Origin: Candidatus Poseidoniaceae archaeon
GTDB taxonomy: Archaea; Thermoplasmatota; Poseidoniia; Poseidoniales; Poseidoniaceae
Direction: 5' to 3'
NCBI GenBank assembly: GCA_030747785.1
Contig: JASLKC010000026.1
Coordinates: forward strand, 68,967-132,966
Length of the DNA: 64,000 bases
Both the position numbers and the translations under genes were made by a program. A model generated the notes under the pieces. The model worked only from the letters and a program-made list of their open reading frames with translations. It was not told where the DNA came from and searched no databases. Positions 9,082 through 17,102 of this stretch are shown piece after piece. The stretch's first letter is position 1, and each line of letters begins with the position of its first letter.

Positions 9082-9854
9082 TTTCCGGCATAAGAAGCCA
9101 TAGTATTGACGATATACGACATAGTAGAGTGCAATATCGCCTGATTATCCCATTTTGTAATTTGGGGGCCAGTGGGGATTATTTGAATTAAATTCAATGC
9201 AACCCTTGATAATTCATCGACAATAGTAACTGTTGCCATTCTCGCAGTGCGAGAAAGAGGGTTGAGATCAACAACGAGAACTTCCTTACCCATTGCCACT
9301 AGCGCTTCACACCTATCTCCATCTTCAAGTGGAACCAATATCACATCAGCATTGAGGATTCCACCGGTGTGGCAATTTGCCCGAGGGCCTTCTAATCCAG
9401 GGATGCGCCCATCTGGTTCCGCACCTAAGATTTCAACATCAATATCATGTTCATTTTTTATTTCTTCAAGATGGTTAAGTAAAGCAGCCATTCTTTCGGG
9501 AGTGCGATAGAAAATATTGACCTCCACCGGGCAAGAGAGTAATTGTGCAACCTCAAGGAGTTCTTTCCCTGCCAATGCAACCGCATTACCATTAAGGGAA
9601 ATTATCGGCCTCTTTGCGGCAAGCAATCTTGCTGCAGCCTCTTTCGTTGCATCCATGGCAGATGGAATTGTTTGCTCCCCCAATAGGTAATCGTATGCCT
9701 CTCCTCTACCGTGGGCAATCATCGCTGAGCCTGCAAGCATGCCTTTGCTCGCAGCTTCTTCAAGGCGGTGACGCATTAGTAGTGAGCGATATCTCGGATG
9801 AGATGGGTCAGCAGCATGTTCACCCATCGGGAGCACCTCATGCATCATTTGCAA
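9078..9854 (-). CDS. Archaeal phosphopantothenate synthetase (4-phosphopantoate--beta-alanine ligase)
   Basis: HPRYRSLLMRHRL...IAHGRGEAYDYLLGE matches my recollection of the conserved N-terminal motif of the archaeal PPS (DUF137) family. Size of about 255 aa fits. Confidence 0.7.
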   Translation of the reverse strand: MQMMHEVLPMGEHAADPSHPRYRSLLMRHRLEEAASKGMLAGSAMIAHGRGEAYDYLLGEQTIPSAMDATKEAAARLLAAKRPIISLNGNAVALAGKELLEVAQLLSCPVEVNIFYRTPERMAALLNHLEEIKNEHDIDVEILGAEPDGRIPGLEGPRANCHTGGILNADVILVPLEDGDRCEALVAMGKEVLVVDLNPLSRTARMATVTIVDELSRVALNLIQIIPTGPQITKWDNQAILHSTMSYIVNTMASYAGK

Positions 9855-10782
9855 TCATCGAAAGGTCTAGCGGAGTAGTCCCTCTGTTTATCGTACTAGT
9901 AGAGATTACATCGATACCACATTTCCGCCAATCTTCTAAATCTTTCAGAACAATTCCCCCACTAGCCTCAATACAAACATGCTCTCTAAGACCCATTTCA
10001 TCTAGTTCTGAACAAACCGCACTGCATCGTTCAGGACCGAAATTATCGAGCATCAATACCAACCGGTCACAACCCGTAGTCATCCTCTTTTCAGACCAAG
10101 CAAAGGCTGCCATAATCGCCTCCTTTTCCTTCCTGACTTCAATTTCCAAAAACGCCCCAACTTCATCAACATCAATTTCAGAAATTAATCTTCCAATACG
10201 GGCGCCATTAGTATCGAGTTCAGGATACATTGCTGCAAGATCATTTTCCTTAATCATCTTCGCATCATTTCGTGATAGGCGGTGACTAAGCCCTCCGCCT
10301 AAATGAACGGCCCACTTATCGAGTAATCCCCAAATCGTCTTTCTTGTACAGGCGATCTGGCCTGGAGCTTTTGTAGACCATTTTTTTGCTTCAGTTGCAA
10401 TCCCTGATAATTGTCCAAGAATATTGAGAATGGTTCTTTCTAGAGCGAGGATTGCTTCTTTGTCTCCTCTAATAATTGCGATTTCATCTCCCGACGCTAT
10501 ACTTCGGCCATCAGTACAGGACCAAGAAATATCGAGGCTACCTGCCCAAATTTGTAACATGTGGTCAACAGCTGCACAACCAACAAGCACGCCTTCTCCC
10601 CGAGAGAAAATTTTCGCCTCAATAGTCTCTGAGCCGCCCATGAAAGGCATATCGACCCCATCATCAGCGAGAAGGGCACTTGTCCAGCGATCAAAACTGG
10701 AAATTAACAGTCGACTGGCCCCTCCTGAGGGATTCCAGAGTTTGCTGCCTCTGTCGTGAGGTGGACGTTGCCTTTCGGCCAT
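9838..10782 (-). CDS. nadC: Nicotinate-nucleotide pyrophosphorylase (quinolinate phosphoribosyltransferase)
   Basis: TRKTIWGLLDKWAVHLGGGLSHRLSRNDAKMIKEND corresponds to the NadC core TRKT.PG....KYAV..GGG..HR..L.D..LIK.NH. The start may be further downstream. Confidence 0.8.
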   Translation of the reverse strand: MAERQRPPHDRGSKLWNPSGGASRLLISSFDRWTSALLADDGVDMPFMGGSETIEAKIFSRGEGVLVGCAAVDHMLQIWAGSLDISWSCTDGRSIASGDEIAIIRGDKEAILALERTILNILGQLSGIATEAKKWSTKAPGQIACTRKTIWGLLDKWAVHLGGGLSHRLSRNDAKMIKENDLAAMYPELDTNGARIGRLISEIDVDEVGAFLEIEVRKEKEAIMAAFAWSEKRMTTGCDRLVLMLDNFGPERCSAVCSELDEMGLREHVCIEASGGIVLKDLEDWRKCGIDVISTSTINRGTTPLDLSMIANDA

Positions 10783-10836
10783 GGTCTTGGCTGGAAGGAC
10801 GAGGACTTCATGGTTACCTACGTCTTCGAGGGGGGT

Positions 10837-11730
10837 ATGAAGCGGGTTCTTGTGGTTGGCGCGGGCCTACAAGGTCTGGCGCGTGCAGTTCACAAACACC
10901 TTGCAAAAAATCAAGTTGTTATTCTTGAAAAGAGAGAGAGAATCGGTGGACGCGGGACTTCTCAAGAGGTACATGGATTCCAATTAGAGCACGGTCCTCA
11001 TTTGCTTCTCAAAGGAGGCCCCCTCCATAAAATGGTGAAAAAGGTCAGTAAAGTAAAGCCTAGTTTGTGGCCAATCCGTCCACAGAAAATAATGATTGCA
11101 GGTCATGGACTTCTTTATCCTATGAATAGCCCTAAAGAATTACTTTCTCTGAAAATGGGACAGGACCCAATAAGAGATGATGCGCTTCGATTGATTTCAG
11201 GCTGGGGGCAAGATATCCCCGAGCGCCGCAAAGCACTCCTGAAAGGGAAATTGTGCGTGGTCGGCGAAGGATGGTCGGGATTGGTGGGTAGATTAGCCTC
11301 TTCTTTAGAGGAAGTCGGTGTGCCAATCCAACCGTCTTGTGAAGTTACCGAGGTCAGAGAGGATGGCGTAACTCTAGCAAATGGCGTGAGGATACCTGCA
11401 GATGAAGTAATCATGGCAACGGGAAAGCCAAAGGGGAAACCAGTGAAAGTTAGCACACTCGATATAGTTCTAGACAACAAGCCACTTGATGGCCTACATG
11501 GAATAATCAAAGGCGAAGTAGCCATAATCGATTTAGCTGCAATCCATCCGTTGAAATCCCAAGGAAATAGCCATCTATCATGCATTTCTCTCGAAGGTGG
11601 AATTGATGCAATCGAAGCCCTTCTCGACGAGAGAGTTTCTGGATGGCGAAGCCACATATTAGTGAAGAGGGCTAACAAATCAATCACACTGACCGATTCC
11701 GAAGGCGGCCTTGCTGATGCGAGAATGTGA
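10837..11730 (+). CDS. FAD/NAD(P)-dependent oxidoreductase (amine oxidase/phytoene desaturase-like)
   Basis: Dinucleotide-binding motif MKRVLVVGAGLQGLA...VVILEKRERIGGR. Start moved to ATG 10837, outside the divergent nadC. Confidence 0.6.
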   Translation: MKRVLVVGAGLQGLARAVHKHLAKNQVVILEKRERIGGRGTSQEVHGFQLEHGPHLLLKGGPLHKMVKKVSKVKPSLWPIRPQKIMIAGHGLLYPMNSPKELLSLKMGQDPIRDDALRLISGWGQDIPERRKALLKGKLCVVGEGWSGLVGRLASSLEEVGVPIQPSCEVTEVREDGVTLANGVRIPADEVIMATGKPKGKPVKVSTLDIVLDNKPLDGLHGIIKGEVAIIDLAAIHPLKSQGNSHLSCISLEGGIDAIEALLDERVSGWRSHILVKRANKSITLTDSEGGLADARM

Positions 11731-11756
11731 AGTACCGTCGACATGGACAGGCTTCC

Positions 11757-12533
11757 ATGAGAATCGTAACTTGGAATGTTAATGGCATCAGGGCCGCGAT
11801 TAGAAAGGGCATTGACCGTTTCTTCGATGAGATTGACGCTGATGTTTGGATGCTCCAAGAAGTCCGCTGTTTACCCGAACAACTACCGAAAGATTGGACA
11901 CTCCCAGATGGGTATGAATGGATAATGCACCCAGCCCAAAAGAAAGGTTATTCTGGAGTGGCCACCATATCCCGTATAGGCATGAAAGAAGTGTCCAGGG
12001 GAATGAATAGCCAACTAGATCCAAACGACTCCGAGGGGCGAATTCTGGTTACAGAGCACGAGGGAATAACGCTTGTCAACACATACCTGCCAAGTGGGTC
12101 TGCAAAGATTGAACGTCAATTTTACAAAGAAGGGTGGATGGATGAATGGAGAGACTTCGTTAGGCCATTATTATCCAGTAAAGAGCCAGTTATTCTTGCA
12201 GGCGATCTAAATATTGCGCACACTGAAGACGATATTTGGAATCCGCGTGGCAATGCGAAAACCAGCGGATTCTTACCTCAAGAAAGAGAGTGGCTTAGCG
12301 AATTATTAGCAGAGGGATGGAGCGACCTCTTCCGAGAAAGTGTAGGCGAAGGAGAAAAAATCTACTCTTGGTGGTCAAATCGAGGCCAGGCCAGAGTCAA
12401 AGACCGTGGTTGGAGAATCGACTATCTATTAGGAAACGCAGCCGCAACAAATCGCCTTGAAGGTTGTAGAATAGAAAGGAGAGGGGGCCTTGAAGTTTCA
12501 GATCATGCCCCAGTAATTCTCGACCTTCAGTGA
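11757..12533 (+). CDS. xth: Exodeoxyribonuclease III (AP endonuclease)
   Basis: MRIVTWNVNGIRA..., LQEV, and the C-terminal SDHAPV motif of the ExoIII/APE1 family. Confidence 0.85.
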   Translation: MRIVTWNVNGIRAAIRKGIDRFFDEIDADVWMLQEVRCLPEQLPKDWTLPDGYEWIMHPAQKKGYSGVATISRIGMKEVSRGMNSQLDPNDSEGRILVTEHEGITLVNTYLPSGSAKIERQFYKEGWMDEWRDFVRPLLSSKEPVILAGDLNIAHTEDDIWNPRGNAKTSGFLPQEREWLSELLAEGWSDLFRESVGEGEKIYSWWSNRGQARVKDRGWRIDYLLGNAAATNRLEGCRIERRGGLEVSDHAPVILDLQ

Positions 12534-12745
12534 CCATCTTCAGCATCAGAAAATAAGGTTAGAATTTCGTCGACAAGCGCCCGAAGCTCGTCCATAGAAT
12601 CAGCGGTTATTGTAAGAGAAAGCGATGCTAAATCCCCATTCGTTTCGAGTTTTGTTACTATGCCCTTTGGAACCAAATCCGCATACATTTGTCCATTAGC
12701 TACCGGGCCATTCCACTCGATGGTAGTTTGATGGACCTCCGCCAT
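12527..12745 (-). CDS. Small protein, possibly KEOPS subunit Pcc1-like
   Basis: About 72 aa from the internal ATG. LETNGDLASLSLTITADSMDELRALVDEILTLF resembles the Pcc1 pattern (beta strands followed by A.D...LRA helix). Tentative. Confidence 0.3.
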   Translation of the reverse strand: MAEVHQTTIEWNGPVANGQMYADLVPKGIVTKLETNGDLASLSLTITADSMDELRALVDEILTLFSDAEDGH

Positions 12746-12824
12746 GAAATCATATCGCCAATTCCCCCAAATGAGATTTACCCTCTTCCGAATCATTCAG
12801 GGTCCGTTTCCATCTCGCGCACAC

Positions 12825-14150
12825 ATGGACGACACAATTCCGATTCTAGCAGGGTCGGGAGGCGTTGGGCTTGGAGAAGCCAGAACCAACCATCAAGGTA
12901 GAAAAGCCATCATGCTTGTCAGAGAAGGAGACCCCTCTGAATTGGTAGCGCTTGCAGAGACAATGGGCATTGACATTATCGAGATTGAAACTCAATCGGG
13001 AACTCCAGACCCAAAGGGGTTCTTTGGAAGGGGGCGACTTCAGGACGTAGGTGACGAATTATCAGGGATTGTTTCTGGCCATCCATGGGAAGGCGTTGAC
13101 CTAGTCATCGTACACTGCAATGCTACGCCGCGTCAACTTGTGAATATTCACAATGTCGTGGGAGTGGAGACCTGGGATAGAGTACGCTTACTTCTCACGC
13201 TATTTACGAGCCATGCTTCAAGCGTTGAAGCGAGAACCCAAGTCCGGATTGCTCAACTTCAAGCCGACCGAACAATATTGAGAGAACTTGCAAATCAGCA
13301 AACTACTGGGGAGCGAGCTGGCTTTGGTGGTGGAGGTCGTCAGGCAATTCAAAATGTGTTAGGTACAACGAATCATGAACTTGCACAACTTCGTAAACGC
13401 CAGAGTAAGCACGCATTAGCTCGACGCGAAAGACGCAGGCAACGAGCAAAGGGTGGGGCAAAAACCGTTGGTTTAGCAGGGTATACAAATGCTGGCAAGT
13501 CCTCTCTATTTCTTGCCTTGTCAGGAAAGGAAGTATTGGTCGAGGATAAATTGTTCAGCACTTTGGAGACTACAATCGGAAGAATGGAAATGAGTCCACG
13601 AATTCTCTTGGCAGACACTATCGGGTTCATCGATGAATTACCTTCTGAACTTCTTGATGCGTTTCACGCTACATTGGATGAATCATTGGAATGTGATCTT
13701 CTCCTATTACTCGTGGATTCTAGTGATTTGCCAGAAGAGTTGGAACGGAAACTTGAGACCAGCCGACGTGAAGTATTAGGGCGTTCAAAGGATGATGACA
13801 GACAGATTCAACTTGTATTTACCAAATCGGATAAGCAAGGAAATATGGATGAGGCAATAGCCATCGCCGCCGACAGGGGATTTCTAAATCCAATACTAGT
13901 TTCATCGATAGACGGCGAGGGTATGGAAATTCTAAGGGAAAATATTCTCTATTCCCTTTACGGCCCTCAATTTACGGTTGAAGTATCCCAAGGAGAGCCT
14001 AATGAAAGAGCTGTAGAATCATATTTTAGTGAAATTCACAATCTAGGAATAGTCACAGAATTCAATAAAAATTCTCTCACGCTTTGGTGCGATGAAGGTG
14101 AACTTTCGCGCCTTATTTCAAAATCGAATGGACGCGTCTCAATCAAGTAG
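12825..14150 (+). CDS. hflX: GTPase HflX
   Basis: G1 GLAGYTNAGKSSLF, G3 ADTIGFI and G4 TKSD, with an HflX-type N-terminal domain. Start moved to ATG 12825 (MDDTIPIL). Confidence 0.8.
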   Translation: MDDTIPILAGSGGVGLGEARTNHQGRKAIMLVREGDPSELVALAETMGIDIIEIETQSGTPDPKGFFGRGRLQDVGDELSGIVSGHPWEGVDLVIVHCNATPRQLVNIHNVVGVETWDRVRLLLTLFTSHASSVEARTQVRIAQLQADRTILRELANQQTTGERAGFGGGGRQAIQNVLGTTNHELAQLRKRQSKHALARRERRRQRAKGGAKTVGLAGYTNAGKSSLFLALSGKEVLVEDKLFSTLETTIGRMEMSPRILLADTIGFIDELPSELLDAFHATLDESLECDLLLLLVDSSDLPEELERKLETSRREVLGRSKDDDRQIQLVFTKSDKQGNMDEAIAIAADRGFLNPILVSSIDGEGMEILRENILYSLYGPQFTVEVSQGEPNERAVESYFSEIHNLGIVTEFNKNSLTLWCDEGELSRLISKSNGRVSIK

Positions 14151-14171
14151 GACCGCCACTACGGCTTAGCA

Positions 14172-15032
14172 ATGTCAGAACTTCTTGAGGAGGTGGACGA
14201 CCTTCCTGAGGAAGAAACCGTTCTTTTTTCTTCATCGGGCACAGCCTTTGAGGTCAAGTCCGAAGATGGCCATCCAATGTTGAAGGCCATTGGCATCTTC
14301 ATTCTCTTCACCTGCGCTCTTGGTATAGCGAATGGTATGGATTATATCTCACCAGAATCCGGAGTGATACGTCCCGACGAGTGGATATATTCCATGGGTG
14401 AATCAGCACCAAGGGGTTCAGGCGTACTAACTGGTGAAATTAATTCGGGTGAAGAGGGATTACAAATTCATGTTTCATCGAGAAATGCTGATGGCATGTG
14501 GGTAGAGAATACAACTGTTAGTGACGCAAATGGAAGTTTCAAAATCGAAGGAGTGAATCCAGGTCTTGGTTTTATCAAAATCCAAAGAGTTCACAACGAA
14601 ACTGATAATCTTGACGAAGTTCATCACAGAATCATCATTTCTCCTCCTGTATTCGGCGAAGCAATAGGATATACTAATTTGGAATTTGATGTGCCAAGTG
14701 AAGACCATTTCAATGAACTTGAATGCGAATATGAGGGTAACCCCTGCGTGCGATTAATCGATCACACGCCAAATGAAATGGAGCATCCCATGATGGATCC
14801 CGCAGCAGCAGGAATGTACGTTATGATTGGCTGGGCCTTCATCGGACTGTCACTAATAGCAGCGGGTTTTGCATTATTTGGCATCAAGGATTCTTCACGA
14901 GGACTAATTCGAACAGGAGCAGTTCTAGTATTCTTCACAGTAGGACATTATTGGAGTGCTTGTTTGTTTGGACTGGTCGCCTTCGTCCTAACTTTATCAG
15001 TCCCTCGCAGTAGCGTTATACTCGACTCCTGA
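14172..15032 (+). CDS. Membrane protein with carboxypeptidase-regulatory-like beta-sandwich domain
   Basis: 286 aa with an N-terminal TM and C-terminal TM helices. The central segment VSDANGSFKIEGVNPG is typical of CarboxypepD_reg-like folds. Confidence 0.45.
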   Translation: MSELLEEVDDLPEEETVLFSSSGTAFEVKSEDGHPMLKAIGIFILFTCALGIANGMDYISPESGVIRPDEWIYSMGESAPRGSGVLTGEINSGEEGLQIHVSSRNADGMWVENTTVSDANGSFKIEGVNPGLGFIKIQRVHNETDNLDEVHHRIIISPPVFGEAIGYTNLEFDVPSEDHFNELECEYEGNPCVRLIDHTPNEMEHPMMDPAAAGMYVMIGWAFIGLSLIAAGFALFGIKDSSRGLIRTGAVLVFFTVGHYWSACLFGLVAFVLTLSVPRSSVILDS

Positions 15033-15053
15033 GGGCGACAGTCTATTCACTCC

Positions 15054-16097
15054 ATGAGTGCAGGAGCGTCCATGGACCTCATGGGCGCGGCTTGGATGGT
15101 ACGCGAACTTGGCGAGCCAGTAAGCGCCATCCATATCCTTGCAGATGGCGGAATTATCGCTGGAGGATGGAATGGGGTTTTGAAACATTGGAGCGATGAA
15201 GGAGATCTCATTTGGGAGGTTGATTGCGATGACCGAATTGAGAGTATCCTCATCAACCAAGATAGAGTCATTGTCACTAGTGGACTCCACATTACTTGTA
15301 TCAAAGAAGGAAGTATCGAATGGTCTCATGCCTTAGAAGGCTCATCAGATATGCTTTGCATGCACAAGGGAAAAGTCATTGCCACTTCAAGTGTGTATGA
15401 TATTGAGCATGGCGATTTTATGGAGAGCGCAATTTGGAAATATAATCTCGAAGGCGAACTTATCGAAGTAGAGAGAATTGATGAACGCCCGTGGTTCATC
15501 GAATCTTCGAAGGAATTACTGTTAGCATTAGGGAGACCCCGATGTGGGATATTGCAAGGAAAAAAGCATAGCAGCCTTGCAACTGAACATCCTGTTACTT
15601 GTGGAATTAGTGGGCGTGAGCGCACACTATTGGGTCATTCTGATGGTACAATTTCTTCAAGCAAAGGAGAATTGATATCTTCGGAAGAAGATTCAATCGA
15701 CTCCATTATTTGCACTGATTACGGCTTTGTAGCATCCATAGAAGGCGGGTCGCTAATCGCTCGAAATTCTGCAGCAGAACCTCTCTGGTCAGCCCGAGGT
15801 AGCCAGGTAATTTGCCATACAGAAGGGTTTTCTTCAACACATTGGGCGGGCCGTTTTGAAACAATAGACGGAATTCTCGAGATTAGAAGCTCCAATGGCG
15901 AGATGATTGCATCGATGCGAACATCGCGACCTAGGGTCGCTCATACCAACCAAAATCGCGTCGGATTTGGTTTCGAAGATGGCAAGGTAATCATCTGGGA
16001 AAAGGAATTATTTGAACGTAGAATCGACAGTGAAGAATCAGAGGTAGATGATAGAAAATCACGACTTGCTGAACGCCTCAGATCCTTACGTTCTTGA
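15054..16097 (+). CDS. Beta-propeller repeat protein (PQQ/WD40-like)
   Basis: 347 aa with repeated short beta-strand units (GGWNGVLKHWS.EGDLIWE, similar units downstream). Confidence 0.5.
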   Translation: MSAGASMDLMGAAWMVRELGEPVSAIHILADGGIIAGGWNGVLKHWSDEGDLIWEVDCDDRIESILINQDRVIVTSGLHITCIKEGSIEWSHALEGSSDMLCMHKGKVIATSSVYDIEHGDFMESAIWKYNLEGELIEVERIDERPWFIESSKELLLALGRPRCGILQGKKHSSLATEHPVTCGISGRERTLLGHSDGTISSSKGELISSEEDSIDSIICTDYGFVASIEGGSLIARNSAAEPLWSARGSQVICHTEGFSSTHWAGRFETIDGILEIRSSNGEMIASMRTSRPRVAHTNQNRVGFGFEDGKVIIWEKELFERRIDSEESEVDDRKSRLAERLRSLRS

Positions 16098-16100
16098 GTG

Positions 16101-16119
16101 TTATTTTCGTTATTATTTT
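16101..16119 (+). terminator. Oligo-T tracts immediately after the stop codon of the beta-propeller gene
   Basis: TTATTTTCGTTATTATTTT starts 4 nt after the TGA at 16095-16097. Archaeal termination commonly uses such T-runs. Confidence 0.3.
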
Positions 16120-16140
16120 CCATTGGACCCATTGGAAATA

Positions 16141-17045
16141 TTACACGCAACCCCCCGTTTCCAGTGGAAAAAGGGGCAGATTTAGCGTAAAGTTTATGGT
16201 CCCCCGCCCCCCACGGGAAAAGTGCTGCTCCCCGGGGAGTGGTGGAGAGTCCTTCCGAGGACTTTCCGGGACCCTTGCCAACCGGTCAGCCCGAACCGGG
16301 CGCAGAGTTGGTCGCACATCCTCGAGAGGGGGAGTGCGAGGTGTGTAGGGGAGGCCGTTTCGACGGCAAGCCTGACCACACCCACAGGACATCAGGAGCT
16401 TCGGCGATCGATGTGCCGGCAAATCTTCACGGAGATGTCGGAACAGGGAGGGCCTCCGCTTCGGTGGAGGATGACCCGACACTGTGCAAAAACAGCCGGG
16501 AAGGGTGGCGAGACAGGTTTTCGGACCGACTTCGTCACATGGAACGGCTAGGTGTGAAGCTTCGGCTGAAACACCACCTCAGTCAGCAACTGACCCATTT
16601 CGGTGGGACAGCCAGGGGCCGAGGAATGGGACGGAAACGGATCAACACCTTCGGGAGTTGAAAACCGCGCCGAACCATAGGGAAGGAGACGGACTAGCAC
16701 CTTCGGGAGCTGGAAACCGCGCCGGACCACCAGGGTGTGAACTGAAATCCCCTCGGGGAAGGAAGTGAGCATTCGGGAAGCGGAAGGGAACTCTTCGGAG
16801 TGACTGAAAGCGACCCCCAGGGAAGAAAGCCTTCGGGCGGACTGAACTGGACCTAGGCTGTCGGGAAGAAGGCCTCTTTCGGGAGGTCAACGATCTAAGG
16901 AAGATTCTCTTCGGAGGATAAGAATTGGTGACGACGACTCGATGGCCGTCAGCGGAGGCTGGCAGGGGGGCGGATATCCCACCCGGATGAAACCCCCCTA
17001 CCAGTTCTCCCATCCTGCATTCACAGGTAATTCGGCGCCTGTCAA
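16141..17045 (+). ncRNA. Candidate large structured non-coding RNA of unknown class (boundaries +/- 50 nt)
   Basis: GC-rich about 0.9 kb between convergent genes. The only ORFs are mutually overlapping low-complexity artefacts. There are at least 14 TTCG tetramers on the + strand, and at least 10 sit in hairpins with complementary arms. There is also an internal duplicated module with a compensatory base-pair change, and a possible 9-bp long-range helix 16204-16212/16965-16973. Confidence 0.55.
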
Positions 17046-17102
17046 TCTCATTAATGACTGTTGAGGGTCGCGATACGTTACGCGTGCAGGTTTGACAATG
17101 TC

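Noticed and set aside
16259-16267. GGAAAGTCC on the minus strand, identical to the core of the RNase P RNA CR-I motif; also an SRP helix-8-like CCGGGAAGGG at about 16495-16505
   Set aside because: For a minus-strand RNase P RNA, the partner CR-IV/CR-V (ACAGAA..CGGCUUA-type) would have to lie inside the upstream protein-coding gene, and it is not present. On the + strand no CR-I/CR-V pair is visible. The 9-mer is simply one arm of the local hairpin AGUCCU-UCCG-AGGACU. The SRP-like string lacks the flanking symmetric/asymmetric loop context and Alu-domain motifs. Only a covariance-model search can settle this.
16354-16919. Alternative reading of the hairpin array as a cluster of REP/BIME- or MITE-like palindromic repeat elements between convergent genes
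   Set aside because: The stems are all different in sequence while the UUCG loop is constant, and one duplicated unit shows a compensatory pair change. Repeat-element copies would share stem sequence. This reading is not fully excluded without genome-wide repeat searches.
16094-17013. Eight track ORFs (63-140 aa) on both strands inside the GC-rich region
   Set aside because: They overlap one another in several frames. They encode R/G/P/S-rich low-complexity peptides with no start context or family resemblance. They coincide exactly with the hairpin-rich segment, so they are by-products of stop-codon-poor GC-rich non-coding sequence.
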